Shown: positions 8,754-17,937, counted from the stretch's first letter. The stretch: DNA of 64,000 nucleotides from Oscillatoriales cyanobacterium (GCA_004294385.1 REAP01000032.1:4098-68097), one strand, 5' to 3'. Numbers and translations: made by a program. The notes: generated by a model not told the origin, from the letters alone.

Positions 8754-10061
8754 TTAGTTGGCTAGAATTATATCAGAGTAAGCAAAAGACCAAACTGGAT
8801 ACATTTTGAAAAACTCTTCAAAGGAGATTTTCAAATCTTTATTTTCATCATATTTTTCCATGTATTCATCAACTTCAGTAGAAGGTAATCCCCACTCTAA
8901 CAATAGGATTTTTAGCTCAAATTCATCAATGTAACCACTTCGATCAATATCTATTTGCTCGAAAATTAATCTGCACTTTTCTTCATTGCTAATATTTTTA
9001 CCCTTGGTTAAACATTCAACTTTTAGTGTTTCTGTTTGTAGTCGTTGTTTAACACCCTTAATTTGCCAGATTTTTTTATAAAATTCATCGAAACTAAATT
9101 CATTAGAATCTGTATTTCGAGCAAGAAATGTATTGATAAAAGAATCTGGAACTTGCCACTCGTGCCAAAGAGTTCTCAATTCGACTTTATCTAAACTTCC
9201 AGTTTTATCTGTATCCAATTGAGCAAAAACTGCTGCTGCGATTGTTTGATCGTCAACTTCATCAGAATTGATTGACAAATTATTACTTATCCATAATTCT
9301 CTCGCATCTTCATCAATTAATGTTTGTCTTTGACTTTCTTTCGTCCAACTTATCCATTCTGCTGCGGTAGGATTCATAATTAACTTGTACAAAGCATTAT
9401 ATCCAAGGACAAAAAGGATAAAAAACAAGTTGCCAGAAGCACCTAATACAGAGGGTAATATCAACACACCAGCCGCGAGAATCGAAGCAGAATAAAGATT
9501 ATCTTTGAAGAGTCCAAAAACAGTAAAAACAAAGTAAAACACTCGACACCAAACGTATGTACTTAGAACTAAAAATGTGTTGATTAACCAAAAATTTGAA
9601 TCCGGTTGTAAGAGGAGATTAATGGCACTATAAAGATGTAAGCTGACAAAGAATAGATATCCTGGAATCATTGCACTCTTGGAGCCAAAAACAATCGGTG
9701 TTTGGTAAAAAGATGAGGTGACGTGACCGATGATGGCTGATAGTGCCATGATCGTCGCGGGTATTTCTGGATTACTACTAAAAAATGCAATCACACCAAA
9801 AACAACCTCTATACTTCCAGAAATTACGTGAGTTCTGATTGATAGTTTCCTCTTGGGTAGCATGAGAAATTTTGGGTGTGGCGGGTTCGTGTAATGGTAG
9901 TACAAAACATAAAAATTACTGAGGATTGATGCGCCACAAAGAATTATTTTTTGATAATATTCTGTTTCCTCTCCTGTAAAAGTTGTACTAAAATAAAAGC
10001 AAGCTATGGCATAAATACTGACAGGCAACAGTAGCAATAAGTTTTTGAAATATACTGGCAT
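8754..10061 (-). CDS. Polytopic (~8 TM) membrane protein with C-terminal EF-hand domain
   Basis: About 230 hydrophobic N-terminal residues; EF-hand loops DTDKTGSLDKVE, DIDRSGYIDEFE, DENKDLKISFEE plus one degenerate loop. Confidence 0.8.
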   Translation of the reverse strand: MPVYFKNLLLLLPVSIYAIACFYFSTTFTGEETEYYQKIILCGASILSNFYVLYYHYTNPPHPKFLMLPKRKLSIRTHVISGSIEVVFGVIAFFSSNPEIPATIMALSAIIGHVTSSFYQTPIVFGSKSAMIPGYLFFVSLHLYSAINLLLQPDSNFWLINTFLVLSTYVWCRVFYFVFTVFGLFKDNLYSASILAAGVLILPSVLGASGNLFFILFVLGYNALYKLIMNPTAAEWISWTKESQRQTLIDEDARELWISNNLSINSDEVDDQTIAAAVFAQLDTDKTGSLDKVELRTLWHEWQVPDSFINTFLARNTDSNEFSFDEFYKKIWQIKGVKQRLQTETLKVECLTKGKNISNEEKCRLIFEQIDIDRSGYIDEFELKILLLEWGLPSTEVDEYMEKYDENKDLKISFEEFFKMYPVWSFAYSDIILAN

Positions 10062-10154
10062 ATCTAGTCTCCTTTTTCCTTCTTGATGATTGTTTTGTAC
10101 TACTTGTCTAATGGTGATAGTTGATTGAAATCGCTTGTTTTTTCAAAAAAGCAA

Positions 10155-10478
10155 TTACAAACTCAAATTTTCCAATTCTTGCCACAGGGTAGCCATAAAG
10201 CCCTCTGCATCCTTGATGCCCATTTCTCCTAAAGCTTTCCACTCTTCACTACTGTAGTCTAAATCGAGTCCCATCACGTCTTGAGTCCAATAGGGCAAAT
10301 TAGATGGGTTTTCCATTAGCTCAGAGGTGAGCTTTAAGATTTCTATTCCGGTAGTATTTTTTCTAACCTTTGTCGCTAAGCAAAAGGAGAGCAATTTTGC
10401 CAAATTACTTTCGGGTGGAATGGATATTAGAAATGCCATATTTTGGGCTAGGATAAATTCATTTAATTTCATTGGCAT
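10155..10478 (-). CDS. Small acidic hypothetical protein (107 aa)
   Basis: Co-oriented ORF between two clear genes; plausible helical sequence; no recognisable motif. Confidence 0.65.
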   Translation of the reverse strand: MPMKLNEFILAQNMAFLISIPPESNLAKLLSFCLATKVRKNTTGIEILKLTSELMENPSNLPYWTQDVMGLDLDYSSEEWKALGEMGIKDAEGFMATLWQELENLSL

Positions 10479-10694
10479 TTATTCCTCGTTTTTCGGTATT
10501 CAAGTAAGGCGATCGCGCTACCATTTAGATTGCATCCAGAGAGGGTGATCCTACGCCAATAGGATGGACGAAACTGAGGTTAGCATTTTTGGAGGGACTT
10601 AAGTCAGGTGTTTTTAACAGTTTTTGATGGTGTAGAAGATTCTTTCTATGCACCATCAATAACTGTTAGAGGATATCAAAAAGTTGCACGATAT

Positions 10695-13091
10695 CTATAC
10701 TACTTCCACAAACACACCGCTGCGGGCAAACTCCTCTTCTTCAGGCGTGAAGTAAGGAGCTTTATCCATAATCTCAGGGTCAAAGCGGTATGTTTCTTGA
10801 AGGAATTGTCCGGCGATCGCAGCTTCCTCCAACTCCTGGATGTAATCTTCGGCTAGCGTACAAGCCTCCCTGATGCCTTCCTCTTCCCCTTTCACTAACA
10901 GCTTGTGCAGCGTTGCTCTGACCCCTGCCAACCGCGATGCTGGCTTGAGCAGCCCGTAGAGGCGGTATAGGCGATCGACTGATATGCTCAGATGCTTGAG
11001 TGCTTTGCTGCGTGCCAGTTCCGAGTCCAAACTCGGCCAATAGCGGGTAGTGTAGAATGCTTTCTCATCCTTGTGATACCACTCCTCCGATCGAGCAATG
11101 GACGAGGAGACGGTGTTATGCAGCTTCCAGAAAAATAAGCGCAGAGCAGGGCCATCGACAACTGTAGATAGTTTGGCCTCCATTGACACTTCAAAGTTAT
11201 TGAGCTGCGGGTCGCGTCCCAACAACAGATATTCTACTGGGTACATATCCACCTCTTTGTTCTGCACGACGTACATATTCAGGTGGTGACGGCAGTAAGG
11301 GCAGGGATACATGGTAGCAAAACGCTTAAAAAAGTCTTTGAAGACTGCTACTAAAGCTTTTTGCTCTTGCTGCGGCTTGGTAGACACAATTTCAGCCGTG
11401 GTGTGGAAAAAGCGCCACACCGCAGAGCCAATATAGTAGGGGAAGCTGATACGCATCTGGGAATCCTTGATATCACTCCGCCCCAAATACACATCAATGA
11501 ATGACACATACTGGGAAAGCGCCCCTGACTCGCGCCCAAACTCTTGGCGTTCGCGCCGTTTTTGCACGCCATTGAGGTAGTGGTGCGTCAAACGCCATGC
11601 CTGCTTGAGGGCCAGTTGTTGTTTTGGGCTGCATTTAGAAAAGTTTTGTGCCACATCAGATCCATAGCGGTCAAATTCTCCAATTGCCTTGGTGTCTTCG
11701 TACCACTGAGCCAAAGCTGCTTCGTCAGGAACGGTGTTGCTCTGGATATCGGCAGCAGTGCTGACACTGAAGGCCGCTAGCAGTTTCGGCATGAAATCTT
11801 CATACCAGTAAGCTACTGGCATCATCGCACCCTCTATTTCTGCTTCAGCATCGGAGAGGATAACGCGGTTCCAGCGCTTCAGATAATCTTTGGGATCGCC
11901 TTCTGATTTGGGGGGAGGTGGGGCAAGCTCTGCATTCAGCTCCATCTGTCTCAGGCGGTTGAGTTCGTTGATGGCAAGCACGCCCTCGGCGATGTCGCTA
12001 AAGCTGAAATGCTTTTTCTTCATGGTGATGGCGAACTCGACGCCTGCGGCAAATTTCTCCTTGACAGAGATTGATTTACTGCGTGCCTCCTGCATTGCTT
12101 TAGCTTCTGCCAGCATCTCTGGTGTTTTTTCGATCGTCTTCCAGTTCTTGATGCGATCGGACAGTCGGGCGTACTCTTGTTCGATCGATTCAACGACTGC
12201 ATCTAGCAGGGGATGGCAAGCTGTTTCTACGATACCTAAACCCTTGTACAGTGCGATCGCATTCTGCACAAACTGCACAAAGTCGCTGATTTTGTAGGGC
12301 AGATTTTTCACGCGCAGGTGTGTTTCATGGTTGGCCGAGAAACTCTCGCGGAAGCAGCGGTAGGCGGCTCCTTGGATCAGGCGAAATAAACCGATCTGCA
12401 TTTGCAGGCGGGAGGTGGCGCGTTCTTTTTGCTCTTGTGGGTGTTGCGCGAGTAGTTCTTTGAGTCGCGCCACTTCTGGATCGTCGCTGGGTGTTTCCTG
12501 TGCCGGAGATTCGGTAGTCGATAAACTGGTTGCATCGGTGGCCGCCGCTATTTCTGAAGTGACGGTGGCTGCATTATTTGAATGGGAGCTACTAAAAGAA
12601 ATTGGCGAATCTTGATAGCCGCTAGTTATTTCTGATTCATCTGGAACCAGTTTGATGAATTCTTCAAAGTCAATGGAGCCACCGCCATCACTATCGACCT
12701 CATCGATCATTTCTTTGAGTTCTTGATCCGTCACCCCAAACTGGCTCATGACGCTGTGCATCTCGTTGGCAGTGATGCGACCGCTGCCGTCTTCATCAAA
12801 CACGCTGAATGCCAGCTTGAGACGGCTTTTGCGATCGCCTTGCTGGGACAGTATCAGTGTTTTGAATTCCTCAAAATCGATGCTGCCGGACAAGTCAACG
12901 TCCACTTCTTTAATCATGTCGCGCAGCTCTGTTTCGCTCGAACTTTGCCCCAGCGATCGCATCACTTGCCCCAGTTCTTCTGCTGAGATGGCGCCGCTGC
13001 CGTCTGTATCAAATACTTGGAAAGCTTCCCACAGCTTCGTCACCTCTTCTTCAGTCATCACCTTTTTTTCTAGTGCTACAGTTGCCATCAA
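10695..13091 (-). CDS. Calmodulin-like 4xEF-hand protein fused to a C-terminal ERV/ALR-like (FAD sulfhydryl oxidase) domain
   Basis: N-term EAFQVFDTDGSGAISAEELGQVMRSLGQ...ELRDMIKEVDVDLSGSIDFEEF...FDEDGSGRITANE...DSDGGGSIDFEEF; C-term GSAVWRFFH-x32-PCPYC...FFWKLHNTV matches the ERV/ALR signature. Confidence 0.75.
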   Translation of the reverse strand: MMATVALEKKVMTEEEVTKLWEAFQVFDTDGSGAISAEELGQVMRSLGQSSSETELRDMIKEVDVDLSGSIDFEEFKTLILSQQGDRKSRLKLAFSVFDEDGSGRITANEMHSVMSQFGVTDQELKEMIDEVDSDGGGSIDFEEFIKLVPDESEITSGYQDSPISFSSSHSNNAATVTSEIAAATDATSLSTTESPAQETPSDDPEVARLKELLAQHPQEQKERATSRLQMQIGLFRLIQGAAYRCFRESFSANHETHLRVKNLPYKISDFVQFVQNAIALYKGLGIVETACHPLLDAVVESIEQEYARLSDRIKNWKTIEKTPEMLAEAKAMQEARSKSISVKEKFAAGVEFAITMKKKHFSFSDIAEGVLAINELNRLRQMELNAELAPPPPKSEGDPKDYLKRWNRVILSDAEAEIEGAMMPVAYWYEDFMPKLLAAFSVSTAADIQSNTVPDEAALAQWYEDTKAIGEFDRYGSDVAQNFSKCSPKQQLALKQAWRLTHHYLNGVQKRRERQEFGRESGALSQYVSFIDVYLGRSDIKDSQMRISFPYYIGSAVWRFFHTTAEIVSTKPQQEQKALVAVFKDFFKRFATMYPCPYCRHHLNMYVVQNKEVDMYPVEYLLLGRDPQLNNFEVSMEAKLSTVVDGPALRLFFWKLHNTVSSSIARSEEWYHKDEKAFYTTRYWPSLDSELARSKALKHLSISVDRLYRLYGLLKPASRLAGVRATLHKLLVKGEEEGIREACTLAEDYIQELEEAAIAGQFLQETYRFDPEIMDKAPYFTPEEEEFARSGVFVEVV

Positions 13092-13279
13092 TTAATCCTC
13101 ACCAAGTTTTAAGTACAATAAGGGAGCATTTTGCTCATCATTTATCGTCAACGAAGTAGAGCCATCAATCCGTTATTATTTTCGACCTCATTTGGCTCTG
13201 TACTTAACTAATTAGAGTATACTGAAACTAAGAAACCTAAATATTGATATAAAAGTTTACAAAAAAATAGGAGATATTA

Positions 13280-13324
13280 TTTCCTACTTTTCCTACTTTT
13301 CCTACTTTTCCTACTTTTCCTACT
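13280..13324 (+). repeat. Tandem 9-mer (TTTCCTACT)x5
   Basis: Directly read in the intergenic region upstream of the calmodulin-Erv gene. Confidence 0.9.
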
Positions 13325-13631
13325 TTAAGGAAGCGCAAAATTGGTGTCAACTTAAGGTCAAAAGCATCGATCGCATTCATCAGAATGTAGGTTAATGTAG
13401 CTGCTACGCCCATCGAGACAAAGACCAAAGTTGCAATTGCCAGTTGTTGCAGACAAGCTAGCGATCGCGCTGTATCAGTTGAGGAAAATATATCGCTAAG
13501 GAATGTTTCACACGTCCTAGCTCTTCTGCATTGAATTCTTTTTGTGAAGCGGCAGAAGTTGCTGTGGTTCCATCCTGGGATGTATAGCAACCGCCAAGGT
13601 GGTTAAGGCATTTATGTGATCGTTCCCTGAG

Positions 13632-13692
13632 CCCAACGACTGCGTTTATCCTGAGCGTAGTCGAAGGGCTCAGGATAAACGCAGTCGTTGGG
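13632..13692. repeat. Perfect 25-bp-stem hairpin with loop GTAGTCGAAGG
   Basis: cccaacgactgcgtttatcctgagc / gctcaggataaacgcagtcgttggg; contains the CCTGAGCG.AGTCGAAGG short-repeat core. Confidence 0.85.
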
Positions 13693-13840
13693 TTCAATGA
13701 CTAAAGCGCCTTGGCGCTAAGTTTCTAGTGTTCATGGTTTACTTTAATACACCTTAAACAGGATTTAGATTGTTTTGTAACGTGGAAGTTTCAGACTTTC
13801 AAATCAGGTATGCTGAAAACCGACTAAACAATACCACAAA

Positions 13841-13861
13841 AGCACGGTCTTTGACCGTGCT
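13841..13861 (-). terminator. Probable intrinsic terminator of the nir-nrt operon
   Basis: agcacggtc-ttt-gaccgtgct 9-bp stem followed on the minus strand by a U run, ~160 nt downstream of the nrtD stop. Confidence 0.55.
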
Positions 13862-13881
13862 GAGTATAAATATTAATCTTT

Positions 13882-13936
13882 AGTCGTCTTGAGGCGACTT
13901 GACATTTGAGACAGGGGTTTTAACCGCTGTCGGACT
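13882..13936 (-). repeat. Single AGTCCG-type REP copy
   Basis: Reverse complement AGTCCGACAGCGGTTAAAACCCCTGTCTCAAATGTCAAGTCGCCTCAAGACGACT matches the repeats flanking the transposase. Confidence 0.75.
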
Positions 13937-14021
13937 ATTTAGCAATTAGACATCTGCCATAATTATTGTGGAACAGGCAGGATGCCTGTTCCACCCAGGC
14001 TTTTTGGGAGATGTCTATTAG

Positions 14022-15734
14022 CTATTTGCCAGTTTTAACTTCTAATTTGCCGCCATTGCTGGGGCTAAAAGTTACTTGGAATTCAGCAGTCTTTTCAGCA
14101 CCTGCTGGGGAACCGGCAGGTGTTTGCAAAACTGGTAGGGGAGTTTCTTTGAGGAAGTCTTTAGCTACTTTATTTGTGGGTTCAAACTGCACGATGTCGC
14201 CGTTTTGCTTGACTTTGACCCGATAAGTCAAACTTTCGGTGAAGCTGGGAGTTGTTTTCCAACTTTGGTCAATTTGTGCATATAACTTTTGTCCGATCGC
14301 ATCAAGTTGCGCTTTGTCAGAAATCTCTGAGGTAGCAGCAGTCGGTGCAGTTGTCGTAGCAGCAGTCGGTGCAGTTGTCGCAACAGCAGTCGGTGCGGTT
14401 GTCGCAGCAGCAGTCGGTGCGGTTGTCGCAGCAGCAGTCGGTGCGGTTGTCGCAGCAGCAGTTGGTGCGGTTGTCGCAGCAGCAGTTGGTGCGGTTGTCG
14501 CAGCAGTCGGTGCAGTTGTCACAGCAGTTGGTGCAGTTGTCACAGCAGCAGTCGGTGCAGCCAGAGTGGGAGGAGAACTAATTACCGCAGCCGGCGCAAT
14601 CGGTGCAACTTCTGCTGATTTTTGCTTTTGTTGACTAGCAACAGAAGACATATTGACAGCAGCTAAAACACTCATCGCGAACAACCAAGATACTCCCAAC
14701 ACGCTACCTTTGATGCGCGAGGCTTCAGAAGGTTCCGAAGCGTGAGGCTGAAATGCTGCCGGCGCGACAGTTCTCGGTAATCCCACCGGGACAGATTCGG
14801 ATCTGAAGGCTGATGCAGGTAAGGGTGGGAGGGCGTTGTCAGTTTCTTCGTCGCCATCTGTGTGGGCGTAGCGAGAGAACAAGAACTCTAAAGCAAAGTT
14901 TCGCAGTTCGTAGTATTTTGGATCTTCCATAATCCGCGTGCGGTTGCGGGGACGGCTGAAGGGAATGTGTACATCTTCGCCAATCGAAGCCGCTGGGCCG
15001 TTGGTCATCATCACGATGCGATCGGACAAAAACAAAGCTTCATCAATATCGTGAGTGATCATGATGATCGTAATTTTGTGATCCTGCCAAATTTTGAGCA
15101 ATTCTTCTTGCAACTCTTCCCGCGTAATTGGGTCTAGAGCTCCGAAAGGTTCGTCTAAAATTAACAGTTTGGGGCGAGTTGCTAGGGCACGGGCGATCGC
15201 TACCCGCTGTTTCATCCCCCCGGACAACTGGCCTGGTCTTTTCTCGCAAGCTTCCGTAAGTCCTACCAATTCCAGGTGTTCCTGAACAATTTTGTTGTGT
15301 TCCTCCGCAGACTTTTCGGCGTAAACAGTTTCAACACCGAGGTGGATGTTTTCCGTAGCAGTCAGCCAAGGGAGTAGGGAGTAGTTTTGGAACACTACCA
15401 TGCGATCGGGGCCTGGTTCAGTAATCCGCACGCCTTGGAGTGCTACTTCTCCGTCTGTAGGCCCATTGAATCCGGCGATCATATTGAGTAAAGTGGATTT
15501 GCCACAGCCGGAGTGACCAATCAAGCAAATAAATTCGCCTTCATTAATATCAAGGTTTACACCGTCAAGAATGACCGCCGGCCCTTTAGCGGTTGGGTAG
15601 ACTTTTGATACATCTTTAATAGATAGAAAGGGTGTGGCGGCGCTGGTGGTATCACTGACAGATTTACCTGTTTTTTGGCTATTTAGAGTTTGCATTTTTT
15701 CGGAGTAGGGGTTTGGGGTTTCTGGATTAGGCAT
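14022..15734 (-). CDS. nrtD: Nitrate/nitrite ABC transporter ATP-binding subunit D with a long C-terminal extension (TM helix, PTAAATTA repeats, globular domain)
   Basis: Walker A GHSGCGKS, signature LSGGMKQR, LLILDEPF; last gene of nirA-nrtABC run. Alternative start at 15695 (MQTLNS). Confidence 0.85.
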   Translation of the reverse strand: MPNPETPNPYSEKMQTLNSQKTGKSVSDTTSAATPFLSIKDVSKVYPTAKGPAVILDGVNLDINEGEFICLIGHSGCGKSTLLNMIAGFNGPTDGEVALQGVRITEPGPDRMVVFQNYSLLPWLTATENIHLGVETVYAEKSAEEHNKIVQEHLELVGLTEACEKRPGQLSGGMKQRVAIARALATRPKLLILDEPFGALDPITREELQEELLKIWQDHKITIIMITHDIDEALFLSDRIVMMTNGPAASIGEDVHIPFSRPRNRTRIMEDPKYYELRNFALEFLFSRYAHTDGDEETDNALPPLPASAFRSESVPVGLPRTVAPAAFQPHASEPSEASRIKGSVLGVSWLFAMSVLAAVNMSSVASQQKQKSAEVAPIAPAAVISSPPTLAAPTAAVTTAPTAVTTAPTAATTAPTAAATTAPTAAATTAPTAAATTAPTAAATTAPTAVATTAPTAATTTAPTAATSEISDKAQLDAIGQKLYAQIDQSWKTTPSFTESLTYRVKVKQNGDIVQFEPTNKVAKDFLKETPLPVLQTPAGSPAGAEKTAEFQVTFSPSNGGKLEVKTGK

Positions 15735-15785
15735 AGGAAATGGGATGAAAATAGTGCACGAGTTTTTAGTTCAAGACTTGGAAAT

Positions 15786-15890
15786 GGGGAATTGGGCATC
15801 GGGAATTGAGCATTGGGAATTGGGCATTGGGCATTGGGCATTGGGGCATTTTCTTCCTTCTTCCTTCTTCCTTCTTCCTTCTTCCTTCTT
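15786..15890 (+). repeat. STRR-type heptamer runs (ATTGGG[A/C])n and (TTCTTCC)n
   Basis: Directly read between nrtD and nrtC. Confidence 0.8.
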
Positions 15891-15891
15891 T

Positions 15892-17937
15892 TTATGCTGC
15901 GGGCAGTCTAATTGAACATTGACTGCCGATTTGATCGATTAAGATTTCTTCAATGCGAACGCTGCGTTTGATTTTGACTTTGTGCAGGTAGTCGATCGGG
16001 TCGTCTAGATTAAAGACAGTGCCATCAAATAGCTCGATACTGCGGCGAACGCGAGCGATATCCGGCAAACCCAATTCGCGTACTGCTTGACCAAAAACAT
16101 CTGGTCGCAAAACTCGATCGACCACTTCCACCCAATTTTTCGGGAAAGGAATCAGTCCCCAACGGGCCATTTGCGCCATCACCCACACCATTTCAAGACG
16201 GTCTGGACAATTAGTTTGGTCAACGTAGAATTGGTTGAAGTTGTAGACCATTTCCGGTGCGGCCGACGTACCGTTGTTGTATGGGTCGAGGAAGCCCGGA
16301 CGGATGTCTTTTGGATCGGCACCGATGTATTGTTCTTGGCATATCAATCCTAGGACTTCTTCGCGGTTACGGCGATCGTCACAGTAGTCGCAGGCTTCCA
16401 AAAGGGCTTTGACGAGGGCGAGGTGAGTTTGGGGATATTTCTGGGCCCACTCTTCACTAACACCAAGGACTTTTTCGATGTGACCTGGCAGAATATCCAG
16501 GGAACGGGCCATGACAAAACCTGTACCTTCGTTGACTGCACGGGAGTTCCAGGGATCGCCTGCACAGTAACCGTCAATATTACCTGCTTTTAAATTGGAC
16601 ACCATCTGTGGCGGTGGAATGACTGTCAAGTTCGTATCGAGGTCGGGGTCGATGCCGCCGGCCGCCAGCCAGTAGCGGAACAGCAGGTTGTGCATGGAGG
16701 CGGAGTGTACCATGCCCAAGGTGTGAACTGTGTCGGGGGTGTTGTTGATCGCCTCTTTGAAATCTGCCAGCGTCCGAATTCCTTGATTGTAGAGGTGTTT
16801 GCCGAAAACAATCGAATTGCCATTCCGGGACAAGGTTAAGGCGCTACAGACGGGAAAAGGGGCTTCACCGTCTAGACCGAGTAGCATGGCGATCGGCATT
16901 CCTGCGACCATTTGGGCCGCGTCCAGCCGTCCTTGGGCTACTCCTTTGGCGATCGTTTTCCAGCTAGGTTCCCGGCTGAGGGTGACTTCTTCCAAGCCGT
17001 GGGCTTTGAAGAAGCCTTTTTCTTTGGCTACTACTAACGGGGCGCAGTCAGTGAGGGGGATAAAGCCGATATCCAGGTTGACTTTTTCCAAGCCGTTGCG
17101 AGAGACAATTGGACTTGCTTGTTGCGCTGATTTTTGTTGTGCGGCGCGGCGCTGTTTGACTCGTTTTTGCTGGTTCAGGAAGTAAACCATTTCGTTGCGT
17201 AGGGCGTAGTAACTGGGATGGTTTACTACTTCCATGCGTTTGCGAGGACGGGGAATATTCACTTCGAGAATTTGCCCGATTTGTGCTTCTGGCCCGTTGG
17301 TTAACATCACGATGCGATCGCTCAACAATAAAGCCTCATCAACGTCGTGCGTTACCATCACCCCAGTTACTTTGCTTTCTTCGCAAATTTTCATCAACTG
17401 GTCTTGCAAACCGCCACGAGTTAAAGCATCCAAAGCACCAAAAGGTTCATCTAGCAACAGCAATTTGGGGCGAATGGCGAGGGCACGGGCGATCGCAACT
17501 CTTTGTTTCATCCCCCCAGAAATTTCGCTAGGGCGTTTGTCGGCGGCTTGTCGCAATCCCACTAATGCAATGTGGTGTTCGATAATCAAGTCTCGGTCTT
17601 CTTTAGAGATATCTTTATAGATTTCCTCGACTGCTAGGGCAATATTTTCGCGGACTGTCAGCCAAGGTAGCAGGGAGTAGTTTTGAAACACTACCATGCG
17701 ATCGGGGCCAGGTTCCCGGACTTCGCGCCCTTCTAGAGTAATCCCGCCCTGAGTTGCTTGATCGAGTCCGGCGATGATATTTAACAGTGTCGATTTGCCA
17801 CAGCCGGAGTGTCCGATCAAGGAGATAAATTCTCCCTTTTTAATTTTCAGTTCAATGTTTTTGAGCGCAATATATTGCTCACCATTTGGCAAGTTAAATA
17901 CGCGGTCTACGTGGTCTACTTCTACGAATACTGACAT
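15892..17937 (-). CDS. nrtC: Nitrate/nitrite ABC transporter ATP-binding subunit C with C-terminal NrtA-like regulatory domain
   Basis: GHSGCGKS, ISGGMKQR, LLDEPF; C-terminal GFIPLTDCAPLVVAKEKGFF...SMHNLLFRYWLAAGGIDP domain. Confidence 0.95.
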   Translation of the reverse strand: MSVFVEVDHVDRVFNLPNGEQYIALKNIELKIKKGEFISLIGHSGCGKSTLLNIIAGLDQATQGGITLEGREVREPGPDRMVVFQNYSLLPWLTVRENIALAVEEIYKDISKEDRDLIIEHHIALVGLRQAADKRPSEISGGMKQRVAIARALAIRPKLLLLDEPFGALDALTRGGLQDQLMKICEESKVTGVMVTHDVDEALLLSDRIVMLTNGPEAQIGQILEVNIPRPRKRMEVVNHPSYYALRNEMVYFLNQQKRVKQRRAAQQKSAQQASPIVSRNGLEKVNLDIGFIPLTDCAPLVVAKEKGFFKAHGLEEVTLSREPSWKTIAKGVAQGRLDAAQMVAGMPIAMLLGLDGEAPFPVCSALTLSRNGNSIVFGKHLYNQGIRTLADFKEAINNTPDTVHTLGMVHSASMHNLLFRYWLAAGGIDPDLDTNLTVIPPPQMVSNLKAGNIDGYCAGDPWNSRAVNEGTGFVMARSLDILPGHIEKVLGVSEEWAQKYPQTHLALVKALLEACDYCDDRRNREEVLGLICQEQYIGADPKDIRPGFLDPYNNGTSAAPEMVYNFNQFYVDQTNCPDRLEMVWVMAQMARWGLIPFPKNWVEVVDRVLRPDVFGQAVRELGLPDIARVRRSIELFDGTVFNLDDPIDYLHKVKIKRSVRIEEILIDQIGSQCSIRLPAA

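Noticed and set aside
13237-13697. ORFs of 117 and 79 aa upstream of the calmodulin-Erv gene
   Set aside because: They are built partly from the 9-mer tract and the hairpin, overlap each other and show no motif.
14239-14634. Ala/Val-rich and Gln-rich ORFs, and similar ones at 30256-30979
   Set aside because: Antisense or alternate-frame shadows of the PTAA and PTPPT coding repeats.
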